DNA of 64,000 bases. It comes from Macrostomum lignano. Lineage: Eukaryota. The stretch's first letter is position 1, and each line of letters starts with the position of its first letter. Location of the stretch: NCBI GenBank assembly GCA_002269645.1, contig NIVC01001232.1, positions 1-64,000 on the forward strand, read 5' to 3'. This document shows positions 46,162-56,680 of this stretch, one piece after another. Below the pieces are notes generated by a model, which was not told the origin of the DNA, searched no databases, and saw only the letters and a list, made by a program, of their open reading frames with translations. The position numbers and the translations under genes were made by a program.

Positions 46162-47186
46162 TCGGTGGGCGCGAAGCCATTCGAGAATGGGAGAAGGAGT
46201 GCGCGCGATGCAGAAGGCAAAAAGCAGGACCGGAGGTGCAGCAGATGGCGCCGCTGCCAGAGGCCAGGCTGAAGAACTCTCTCCGAGCGTTCAGCTTTGT
46301 GGCAGTCGACTTCGGTGGTCCGTTTGAAACGGTACAAGGACGCGGAAGACGGCGAACGAAGAGGTATTTGGCCCTGTTCACCTGTTTGGAGACGAGAGCC
46401 GTGCACCTAGAGATGGCGTATAGCTTGGATTCTGACTCGTTTCTGAATGCTTTCGCGCGCATGATCAACCGTAGAGGCCGGCCACTCGAAGTTTACTCGG
46501 ACAACGGCGGCAACTTTGTCAAAGGCGAGCGAGAACTACGAGAATTCGAAAACGAGCAGCAGAACAAAATCCAGAGAGCGGCAGCTGAGCGCGGTATCAA
46601 GTGGCGCTTCCAGCCTCCGTCGGCGCCCCATTTCGGCGGCGCCCACGAAGTTATGGTTCGCGCCGCTAAGCGAGCTGTGCGCGCCATCCTTAGCAACGCT
46701 GACATCACCGACGAAGAGCTGCATTCCGCCTTCACAGGTGCGGAAGCGCTCATCAATTCCAGGCCGTTGACATACCAAACCAAAAGCCCAAAGGACGACA
46801 CGCCGTTGACGCCAAACCATTTCTTGCATGGACAACTGGGTGGTGACTTTGCTACGGAAGTCTCGACCGAGATCAGCCGCGACCCGCGCCGGCGGTGGCG
46901 ACGTGTCCAAGAGCTGGTGCGGCACTTCTGGCACCGATGGCTGCGTGAGTGGGTGCCAAGACTCAACGCCAGATCCAAGTGGGTCAAGGAGCAGCCGGAT
47001 CTCGCCGTCGGCGACATCGTCTTGGCGCTACGAGCGGATGCGCCTCGAGGACACTGGCCGCTCGGGCGAGTTCTCGAGGTATTTCCTGGACGAGACGGCC
47101 ATGTGCGCGTGGCCAAGGTGCGGACTGGCGGTGGGACAGTGCTGCGACCCGTGACGAAGTTGTGTGTGCTGCAGCGAGGTGAATAG
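46134..47186 (+). CDS. BEL/Pao integrase core and C-terminus, out of frame with the upstream ORF
   Basis: CARC, VDFGGP, YSDNGGNF, FGGAHE, WPLGRV motifs; the HH half of the HHCC finger is absent. Confidence 0.9.
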   Translation: MGSALQFWVIGGREAIREWEKECARCRRQKAGPEVQQMAPLPEARLKNSLRAFSFVAVDFGGPFETVQGRGRRRTKRYLALFTCLETRAVHLEMAYSLDSDSFLNAFARMINRRGRPLEVYSDNGGNFVKGERELREFENEQQNKIQRAAAERGIKWRFQPPSAPHFGGAHEVMVRAAKRAVRAILSNADITDEELHSAFTGAEALINSRPLTYQTKSPKDDTPLTPNHFLHGQLGGDFATEVSTEISRDPRRRWRRVQELVRHFWHRWLREWVPRLNARSKWVKEQPDLAVGDIVLALRADAPRGHWPLGRVLEVFPGRDGHVRVAKVRTGGGTVLRPVTKLCVLQRGE

Positions 47187-48646
47187 TGACTGTTGACTTA
47201 TTGCTAAACAAAACTTTTCAAATATGTAGTTTTTTGACGGCTAGTTTATGGTGTTTGGAATTATTTATCTTTTTCGTGTCATTATTTGCCGTTTTTTGCT
47301 CCTAATAGCTGAAGTGGTGATGGATTGCTTATTTTTGCGTATTTTGTGTTTTTTTATTCTGAGTAAAAAGACCTGTTGCTTGCTTGAATGCGAGTTCTTT
47401 TGGCAGTTTTTGTGCTTTGATATTTTTCATATGTTTACAGTAGGGATTATTTAAGTTTTCAAGACATTTTTCATCCCGTGTTATTTCACTAATTATCGTT
47501 TGAGCATCTTTGAGTTCGTTTGTGTTCGTTTCTTAGCAGAGATTTTTTGTGTTGGCTAGCGATTGCAAAGGTTTATATTTGGCACACTATCTTCTGATCA
47601 ATTGACACTTCACATTGCATGCGTTCTTAATGTTAATTTCTGATTTCGCGTGATTTATTTTTTTGTTTACAGGAGTTTACTGTTTTTTTCGAATTATGCT
47701 TGCACCTTTTTCAATTAATTGTACCTAAGTTTCTGGGAGGCGATTTTTTTTCTGCTTTTTTTGCTGATTGGCCCCAATCAGGAAGGGGGGAATGTTCTGG
47801 AGGTTTATATTTTGTTATACGAGCTCGTATTTTTGGGGGTTTTGCTAATTTAATTGTACATGTATTTTTTCTTTATTTAATGTACATGAGCCAACCCCCC
47901 TCTCTCTCTGCTAACCTCACCCCCATGTTAAATATTAATTAAAAAGGGCGTGATTTTGGTAAGCGTGCTTTTTGCTAAGTGGTTGGTTGTTTTGTTTTGC
48001 CTGCGCGAGAACGCAGAGGTATTGAAGCCTACAAGCATCCGATTTTTGCCTACTTAGTTATTTTTCGGTTTCGAAGAGTTAGTCGATTTAACAGTATATC
48101 TACTAGCTAGTAATAGCTTAAGCTTGAAGCGAATATATTCTAGAATTAGCCCTGTTTAAGCCCACTCCCTCTAAATCTGCTTGTCCAGTATTCGATTTGA
48201 TGATTTCGTGTTCAATTGAACTCTGCGAAAAAAGTTGAATAGACCAACGAGTTGTGCTTGTTGGTAGTAGCAGCTTTCAAAACCTTTTGCCTGTCTCTTC
48301 AACCCCCTCGGCAATGTGTCCCTAGATAGCCTGTTGCCTAAGCATATTTTGTTTTGTTTAAACTGACTGCTCTGTTAGGAAAGTCCCTTACTTTGCGACT
48401 ATTTTGAATATGAATATATACTTACTAATAAATAATATAAAATGAGACTAATGGAGTATATAGTATATCAGCTAGTGACTCTAGTTTGCAGTTTATCAGG
48501 CCTTGATATTATCTATCTTCGGCTTGCAAAGTTGTAGATTTACATTAAAATCTATAGATTTTTAGCTACTCTAGCAGTGCTATCCTTGTTTTCTACTTTC
48601 TTTGAAGAGGCAAAAATTTATGCAAACAATCTTCTAAAGCATAATC

Positions 48647-49420
48647 TGCCGGTTGCTCAAAACCTGGTCTTTGTACCCGGTGGTTGTTCAAACCTGGTCT
48701 TTGTACCCCTTGGTTGCTCAAAACCTGGTCTTTGTACCTCTTGGTTGCTCAAAACCAGGTCTTTGTATCCCTTGGTTGCTCAAAACCAGGTCTTTGTACC
48801 TCTTGGTTGCTCAAAACCTGGTCTTTGTACCCGGTGGTTGTTCAAACCTGGTCTTTGTACCTCTTGGTTGCTCAAAACCAGGTCTTTGTATCCCTTGGTT
48901 GCTCAAAACCAGGTCTTTGTACCTCTTGGTTGCTCAAAACCAGGTCTTTGTACCTCTTGGTTGCTCAAAACCTGGTCTTTGTACCCGGTGGTTGTTCAAA
49001 CCTGGTCTTTGTACCCCTTGGTTGCTCAAAACCTGGTCTTTGTATCCCTTGGTTGCTCAAAACCAGGCCTTTGTATCCCTTGGTTGCTCAAAACCAGGTC
49101 TTTGTACCTCTTGGTTGCTCAAAACCAGGTCTTTGTACCTCTTGGTTGCTCAAAACCTGGTCTTTGTACCCGGTGGTTGTTCAAACCTGGTCTTTGTACC
49201 CCTTGGTTGCTCAAAACCTGGTCTTTGTATCCCTTGGTTGCTCAAAACCAGGCCTTTGTATCCCTTGGTTGCTCAAAACCAGGTCTTTGTACCTCTTGGT
49301 TGCTCAAAACCAGGCCTTTGTATCCCTTGGTTGCTCAAAACCAGGCCTTTGTATCCCTTAGTTGCTCAAAACGTTGTACCCCTTGGTTGTTCAAAACTGG
49401 TCTTTGTACCCCTTGGTACT
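48647..49420. repeat. Intergenic minisatellite, 30-31-bp unit (GGTTGCTCAAAACCAGGTCTTTGTACCTCTT)
   Basis: About 25 copies. Confidence 0.96.
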
Positions 49421-49927
49421 TAAAGTTGTTCTTTGTACACATGGGTTGTGAAATCATAGGGCTATAGGGCTAATACAAAAACAATTGCCGTGACTGCTGT
49501 GAAATTCAAGCGAACTGTGTAGAGTTGATTCAGTTTTGAAATGAAGCAGATATTATCAAAATCGAGAGTGGATCAGACTAAACATTGGGAAAACTTGTGG
49601 TTGGGGTGGGGTAAGAGTAACGAAGAAGAGGCTTCCCTGATTTATTTTTTTGTTCCTTGTCTTCTTGAGTTGAGTAATTATTAAAAATATACTATATGCT
49701 TGACGTCTAAATTTAGCGAAAGCTATTATAGGTTGCTTTGTACAGCACTGAGCTAGAGCATCGCAAGTGCAGACTCATAGGGTACTAACGTAATTGGTGT
49801 ACTCGGTGTCTTGCATTTATAGGGGGTGATACGTAATTTCCATCTCAGGAATAGCTGAATATACCGAGGCTGTATTAATGTGCATAGTAGCTTTTCTATT
49901 AAGCCAAACCGTCGACTTCAACTAAAA

Positions 49928-52278
49928 ATGACAGAATCCGTCGATCTGATCGCGGATGGCGGCGTGACAAAGAACTTAAATCAATCATCGGACTTCGACG
50001 ATGACAAATCTCGGGTAACTAAACAGGCTATCTTTATACTCAGAAACAGTTTAGATTGAATGCAATTACATACTGTACATGAACATTAGTTTTGCGTGTT
50101 TAGTACTTGTCTGATCAACAGTGTTTATATAAGAAGCCTGTATTCAAGTTCAAGGACAACTCAAGCAGAAGAACGCAGCAAACTACGTTAATTGTTACTT
50201 TTGTTATAAGGGAGATCCAATTGTTCATCTTTTGATGAAGCCTTCTACATGTGTACAGTATATCAGTTTTTCGATTAGACAAATAGGATCCTTCGAATTA
50301 TAATTTTATAATTGTGCTGCAGTAATCTTATTAGTTAAATTTTCCACGAAACGTAGCTTCATGCCTCTTTATTTGAGTAGTTCTTGCCTGTATTTTGTCT
50401 CGAGCGAAAGCATCAGTCTTTGAAAAGTCTGTTCATCCCATTAGGCCACCTATAGTAAGAGTTCGAAGCTAGCTGAATACATGTGCATGTACTTTACAGT
50501 AACAATAAAATGTTCTCTGAAAAATGCACTCGAAAAAATAATTATCTCGCACAGACCCAAGTCGACATTACGTCTGACGACCCGCTCACATTCGAGTCGC
50601 TGGATTGCTCCAAGGCAGACGGCGCTGTTGAGCTGATCAATAAATCTTTAACCACTTCGTTAGCGTCCCTCAGCTGCATTTGCCAATTGCCAGACGGTCG
50701 ACTCGCAGTGGGCTTTCAGCAGAGCCTGCTGCTGGTGTCCCTGGAGGAGACCGCCGCTTTTGACAACATCCCGCTGCCAGCCCGCTGCTCTGCCAGCTGC
50801 CTGCACGCCGACTCTCGTGGCGACCGCTTACTGGTCGGCTGCTTCAACGGCTCCGTCCTGTACATCCCAATCGGTCGTTCGGGTCCCGTTCGGACGCTGC
50901 ATAAAGCGGCAAATTCGGACGGCTGCTCGAAACGCGTAGAGCTTCTCTGCTCATTTGGCAGAAGCGGCAGGTACCTGATCCGCCGTCTGGGTGAGCCGGT
51001 GTCGCTACTGCTGCCCGCCGACAGCTCCTCCAGTCGCAGACGCTTTATCTGCCGGCCGCTGAAGAGCTGCATTCTTGACCTGCCAACTGACCAGTCGCGA
51101 CCGATTGGAGCCTGCATGCTCTCCGGAGACAGAGCGCAGTTGCTGCTGGTGCACGGCTGCTCCTCCATGGGCTGCCTGGATCTGCGGCTGCTCAATGCCG
51201 ACGGCAAGGTGGTGGCCAAGCTTGATGGTCACAAAGTGAGTGGGGCTGCGTGTACTTCACAGTTCAAGGAAGCTCACAACTCACAACCCACCCAGCCAAC
51301 CCTCACAGCCCCAGCCAACTGACAGCTCACAACCCAGCCATCCAACCCTCACAGCCCCAATTAACTCACAACCCACCCAGCCAACCCTCACAGCCCCAGC
51401 CAACTGACAGCTCACAACCCACCCATGCAACACTCACAGCCCCAATTAACTGACAGCTCACAACCCACCCATCCAATCCTCACAGCCCAATCACAGCCAA
51501 ACCCGAATTTCCAAACCCGCCACCTGCAGTGCCACTCGAGACGTCTCTTGGCAGTCGGCCCGCTGACCGGCGGCTCCTTAACCGGCAGCCGCTCGTCAGC
51601 CCTGCTGGGCACTGGCAGCGAGACTGGTGAAATCAAGATCTGGCTGGCGACTCTGGCTGCTGGAAAAATTGAGATGCAACAGGTGCGCGGGTGTTTTATT
51701 TGGCAGTCTGCAGTCACCCTGTCCCCCATCAAGTAGATCAAGGACCCCTTCATGATTGGTGCATGCACTTCCATGTTTTTACATAGCTCTAAAGACAATT
51801 TCAATCAAGAATTTCGTCTATAATTAATTAGTGTGAGAAATTCAATTTAGATTACTTGGAAAAGTAGACGAATAAAGACTTTAATAGTAAAATCTCTCAA
51901 ATAGACCGAAAAATGTCACCATAAAAGAAATTAGAAATGACAATTATAGAAGAAACGTCACCAGGCATTTACACTGTGCCTTTGGGGCTTGGTTGTCATG
52001 GGGCGTGACTCCCACATCAAGCCTCAGCTTAGGGCCCGTTTCCGTGCACAAGCACCCCGAAATCCATATGACCGAATGTTAAGCGTGGTTAAATTTCTAA
52101 TGCAGCACTACTTGAAACTATTTGCCAGCTACAGTCCTACCAGCACACCTCTGAGGTGGCTGTGCTAGAGCTGGTGCAGTTGCCAGGTGAACAGGAGCCG
52201 GCCCTGCTAGTTGGAGACCGTACTGGCCGACTCGAGATCTGCCGGGTACTGGCAAAGGTGAACGAAGCCAGTTTATAA
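49928..52278 (+). CDS. WD40-like beta-propeller protein, 4 exons: 49928-50014, 50555-51235, 51530-51682, 52129-52278; 356 aa
   Basis: All junctions GT-AG, phase 0. WD-like motifs RLLVGCFNGSVLY, LLGTGSETGEIKIW, HTSEV...LLVGDRTGRLEIC. Confidence 0.7.
51256..51505. repeat. Intronic minisatellite, ~46-bp C/A-rich unit, in WD40 gene intron 2
   Basis: CACAGCCCCAGCCAACTGACAGCTCACAACCC repeats. Confidence 0.88.
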
Positions 52279-52729
52279 TCGGTAGTTTGGGTCCCTGACA
52301 TGCCATGCTGTAAAATAATATTACCTTGTTACGCTCGTTTTTTTGCAAGTCATCAAAAATGTCGTCCAAACAAACAAAATAATTTTTAAGTCCTCCATTG
52401 TCATTTCGCGTTTTTTTGTCTTTTTTCTTTCGCGTGAACCAAAAAACAGTGCGTTTAAACTTAATCGATCGATTGCATTCCTAGTGTAAATATCAATTTT
52501 ATTCATTATTTTATTTACTGTATCAAGCCATTTTTTCATACGTGTATTTAAGAAAAAAATATTTTTGCGTCATTTACTAACCGTCTAAATATACGAGTAA
52601 GTGGCTAAATTGATGAAGCTGAGGTTTCTCGGACTTTTTTGAAAACTTTTTTGAATGAGTTATAGCTCTCTGTATGACTAAGATAAGATCACATGCTGAG
52701 TTTGAATTCTGCCTATGATCAATTATTCC

Positions 52730-53280
52730 AGTTGTCTATGACTCAAGCTGTCTATGACTCAAAGTGTCTATGACTCAAAGTGTCTATGACTCAAACTGTC
52801 TATGATTCAAACTGTCTTTGACTCAAACTGCGGTACTTAAAGTGTCTATGACTCAAACTGTCTATGACTCAAACTGTCTTTGACTCAAACTGTTAATGAC
52901 TCAAGCTGTCTATGACTCAAGCTGTCTATGACTCAAGCTGTCTATGACTCAAGCTGTCTATGACTCAAGCTGTCTATGACTCAAGCTGTCTATGACTCAA
53001 GCTGTCTATGACTCAAGCTGTCTATGACTCAAGCTGTCTATGACTCAAGCTGTCTATGACTCAAGCTGTCTATGACTCAAGCTGTCTATGACTCAAGCTG
53101 TCTATGACTCAAGCTGTCTATGACTCAAGCTGTCTATGACTCAAGCTGTTTGAGTCAGGCTGTCTATGACTTAAACTGCGGTACTCAAAGTGTGTATGAC
53201 TTAAGCCGGCTGTCAATGACTAAAGCTGTCTATGATTCATTCCTTCCTTGATTCAACCTCTCTATGACTCAAACAGTCTT
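52730..53280. repeat. Intergenic minisatellite, 16-bp unit (GCTGTCTATGACTCAA)
   Basis: About 30 copies, about 26 with TGACTCA. Confidence 0.96.
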
Positions 53281-53559
53281 AAACATGTCTTAAGCAGAGT
53301 ACACATGATCAAACCTGATGCAAGTTAGTTTTTATCAAATTACACCACGTGCAACGGTAGCACGTTGGAAGGCAAAGATACAGTTTTCTCGGTTGCAAAC
53401 CACACTGCATGTTTACAGAAATAACAGACTTCTGAGTCAGATGGTTAAGCGTACCTACTTTATTGATAGGTAATATTTAGACAGATTTCCAGAGCGGAGT
53501 TATCAGTTTTGATCAATTCGACAATATTTAGATATTTTCGTTTGGTTAGCAAGTAATCG

Positions 53560-53870
53560 TGGGTAGGTAGGTTGGCTGATAGGTTAGCAGGTAGGTAGAT
53601 AGGTAGGTAGGTTAGCAGGTAGGTAGATAGGTTAACAGGTAGGTAGATGGGTTAGCAAGGTAGATAGGTTAGCAGGTAGTAGGTTAGTAGGTAGGTAAGT
53701 AAGTTGGCAGGTAGGTAAGGTAGGCTAGCAGGTAGGTGGTAGGTCAGCAAGTTGGTAGGTTAGCAGGTAGGTAGATAGGTTAACAGGTAGGTAAGGTAGG
53801 CTAGCAGGTAGGTAGGTCAGCAAGTTGGTAGGTTAGCAGGTAGGTAGGTAGCTAAGCAGATAACGTAAAG
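53560..53870. repeat. Degenerate (AGGT)n / GGTTAGCAGGTA simple repeat
   Basis: Direct reading. Confidence 0.9.
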
Positions 53871-53995
53871 ATTTTAGCAGGTCAACAGTCAGCAATGGTA
53901 CTGCCCACAGCTGGAACAGGAGGCGCTACTCAGGAAGCCGGCATCCAGGATGCGGCATCTCATATACTGCGGCCTTTATCCAGCCAGTGCCGTCT

Positions 53996-55870
53996 CTACT
54001 CGCTGACGCAGTCCGCCCGGAGCCGCAGAAGCCGAACTATCAGGGGCCGCCTCTTTGGCCGTCGTTTGAGCAGTCGCCTCAGAATGAGCCGGCGCAGGCG
54101 CCACTCGGCCAGGCAGTATTCATGCACCTGTCCGGCCAGGCTCATCCGGCGCCGCAGCTCGGAGTGGCTTTCCATCAGGCTGAGCTGCCTGGTGAGCCGC
54201 GCGATGCAGAAGTTGACCAGGAAGATGCCCAGCAGGGAGTACAGCGCCGGCTGAGACCAGGCCAACAGCTTGCTGGCCGGGCCAGAGCCAAACTCGCCCA
54301 GGCTTAAGGTGAAGCGGAATGCCGCCGCCATGCTGTCCCCCACTAGCTTCATGAAGGCGTAGGTGCCAGCGTCCACGTGATCCGGCAGCGGCTCGGCGGT
54401 CGTCAGCGACGCGGCCGACTGCGGCAGCGCCAGCGCGACCGTCAAGCTGATGAGGATGGCCGGCACGAACACCAGGTAGATGAGCTTCATGCATTCCTGG
54501 ATGCACTGCAGCAGGTCGAAAAATATTCGGTATTTTTGCGCCAGGTGCGCGCTGAGGCCCAGCATGAGAAACAGCAGGGCGTTCATCTGCAAGGTGAACA
54601 GCATCCGCAGCGACTCCGGCTTCAGCACGGTCGGAAGGCCGGCGCGCTCGACGTAGTTGCCAACGCCCGGCAAGAAGAAGGAGGCCTCCATCGCCATGAT
54701 GGCGAGGCCACCGACAACGAAGCTGAGCAGCAGGCCGTCGTGGACGTCGTGGTGATAAAATAAGAGACTGCGCAACCACTGCAGCGGCAGGTAGCGCCGG
54801 CGAGCGGGCGCCAGTATGGCGTGGTTTCCAACTGCCTTGATTGCCAGGTAGGTCTCGCTAATTATCGCCATCATCATCTGTGATACCTGTCGAAGATGGG
54901 CTCCCCATCTGGCCAGCTCAAATCCCAGCGGCGTCAGCCGGCTTACGTAGGTGTAAGCATCGTCGCTGCCAACCAGCACGACGGTGCCGTTAGCGCGGAA
55001 CGTGTCCGCCGTAAACAGGCGCACGGTGAGCGAGTAGCTGCCGTACAGATGCAGCAAAAGGCAGAGCAGCGCCAGCACTGGCGCCAAGTGGACTGTTGGA
55101 AAGGCCGCAGCTAGGTTGGCCGCGTAGGCGCTGGTTGCGGGACAGCGATAGAACCGGACGAATCCGTCCGGCAGTGTCTCGCCCATGCGATCTTTCAATG
55201 CCAGAGCGAAGTGCAGAAAGGGCGACTTGGGGAATCGGGACCCGGTGGACCAGCGGTACTCGCTGATGTCCCACTCCGTTTGGAGGCAGCGGCCGGATGT
55301 TGAAATTGTCGACACGGCCGAGACGTCCAGGAATACGGCGGCCATGTGGAAGCAGCGCCACAGAGCGGCGTACTCTAGCGGCCGCAGCTGCTCTGCGGTG
55401 GCCTCCGCGGCCAGAAAGCGACGGCAGGCTGTCGGGCGGTGAACGGCCAGCTCTGCAAAGAAGTCGGCCAGAGGTTTCTCGGCCTGCGGCGGCTCACGAC
55501 AGCAGTGATCAACTAGGCGGAACAGCAGCAAGTTGCCGGAGTCAGCTGCCCCGGGGTCGGCCTCGAGACAGTCAATTGCTCGACAGGCAAGCGGCAGGTG
55601 GCAGCTCAGCAGGATGTCCAGCAGCGGTCGAGGCCGGCGGTCCAGCGACTCAGGGCAGCGCGTCTGTCGCAGCTGGCGCTGCCTCTCTTGAGCATCGTCC
55701 GTTGAGCTGTCACCCAGAAGCAGCAGCCGCCTTCGCTTGTCCTCGGGAAGACGCTGAAACTTTGACAGAAAATCAGCAGGTCGTCCTTCGTACAGGAGCT
55801 CCAAGAGCTTGAGCAGCTCACTGTCAGCATCCTCTTCATCAACGCGCGTTTTCAACTTCTCAGTAGTCAT
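53996..55870 (-). CDS. Intronless 624-aa multi-pass membrane protein; divergent TRP channel, probably TRPV-like
   Basis: Ankyrin-like PLEYAALWRCFHMAAVFL, about six hydrophobic segments, pore-like AFRFTLSLGEF (cf. TRPV FKFTIGMGD), S6-like IFLVNFCIARL, followed by a TRP-helix-like segment. Confidence 0.65.
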   Translation of the reverse strand: MTTEKLKTRVDEEDADSELLKLLELLYEGRPADFLSKFQRLPEDKRRRLLLLGDSSTDDAQERQRQLRQTRCPESLDRRPRPLLDILLSCHLPLACRAIDCLEADPGAADSGNLLLFRLVDHCCREPPQAEKPLADFFAELAVHRPTACRRFLAAEATAEQLRPLEYAALWRCFHMAAVFLDVSAVSTISTSGRCLQTEWDISEYRWSTGSRFPKSPFLHFALALKDRMGETLPDGFVRFYRCPATSAYAANLAAAFPTVHLAPVLALLCLLLHLYGSYSLTVRLFTADTFRANGTVVLVGSDDAYTYVSRLTPLGFELARWGAHLRQVSQMMMAIISETYLAIKAVGNHAILAPARRRYLPLQWLRSLLFYHHDVHDGLLLSFVVGGLAIMAMEASFFLPGVGNYVERAGLPTVLKPESLRMLFTLQMNALLFLMLGLSAHLAQKYRIFFDLLQCIQECMKLIYLVFVPAILISLTVALALPQSAASLTTAEPLPDHVDAGTYAFMKLVGDSMAAAFRFTLSLGEFGSGPASKLLAWSQPALYSLLGIFLVNFCIARLTRQLSLMESHSELRRRMSLAGQVHEYCLAEWRLRRLILRRLLKRRPKRRPLIVRLLRLRADCVSE

Positions 55871-56680
55871 ATTGCGTTTTGCTTGGGTGCTTCAGAACAT
55901 CCCGGTCAGCTCGCAACAATAGCTACTCCGTTCAAGAGTGGATTCTGAGCAGGAAACGACTCAAATCTCGGGGGATGTTTGCTTTGCTTATCTGTGCCGC
56001 GTGGTTTTAATTAAAACTTATTTGCTTGCTTCCGGCTATCGCAAGATGAGATTGCACTAAAATCAACACACGCCTGTCGAACTAGTAGCTAACTGCTTAT
56101 TAATAATTCATTCTTCGAGCGCAACACGGCATGCTGGCCAGGAGCCGCTATTCAGTGCCCTGAAACCTGATTCCGTGCCAACTAGTCAAATGACTCGCAC
56201 AACTTTTGCTCTGACTAGAGAAAAAGGTCCTCTATGCAACCGGCATATTTTTCATACCATGGAGCGTTTGTCGTCTGCGCGTCAATGCTAAATGATTAAT
56301 GTGCTCTGGGGAACCAAAAGTCAATACACTGGGTGAAATGGATTTACACTTTGCTTACAAAAAGTGAAGGAAATCCAGACGTACAGCGGCTGGCCTCGAC
56401 AGAAATGTGCATGGCAGTGCACTGGTGTAGTAATTCCCTGACTGGATGCTTGGAATAGGAAAGAGCAGTGGCGGAGTGGGTAGTTGCAGCAGGGCTTGCT
56501 CCTAGAGGTCTTTGCAAGGCCTCCCAAACACAGTTGGATCTGAAATAAATGGACGCAGAACGGGGCAGAGGGAAAGCACTGAAAGAGAGAAAATAATGAG
56601 AGATGCTTTGCACGCCAGGTCAGAACATATAGAAGCCCAAACTGTCTTCTCAATCAAGTTAATCCAAGCCTGCACCAGCA

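Larger units (their letters stand above)
41438..48093 (+). mobile_element. Full-length BEL/Pao LTR retrotransposon (6656 bp), recent insertion
   Basis: 301-bp LTRs (41438-41738, 47793-48093; TG...CA) differ at 1 nt. 5-bp TSD GTATA. PBS TGGTAGCAGAGC at 41741 is complementary to the initiator tRNA-Met 3' end. PPT AGGAAGGGGGGAA at 47780-47792. Confidence 0.97.

Noticed and set aside
47187-47779. Possible env-like ORF in the BEL 3' region (68-aa hydrophobic ORF at 47248)
   Set aside because: T-rich non-coding composition, too short, no signal peptide or fusion motif.
48577-49467. 296/256/225-aa ORFs
   Set aside because: Translations of the 30-31-bp minisatellite.
60-53280. Tandem arrays as possible CRISPR arrays
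   Set aside because: Units are head-to-tail with no unique spacers, there are no cas genes, and the DNA is eukaryotic.
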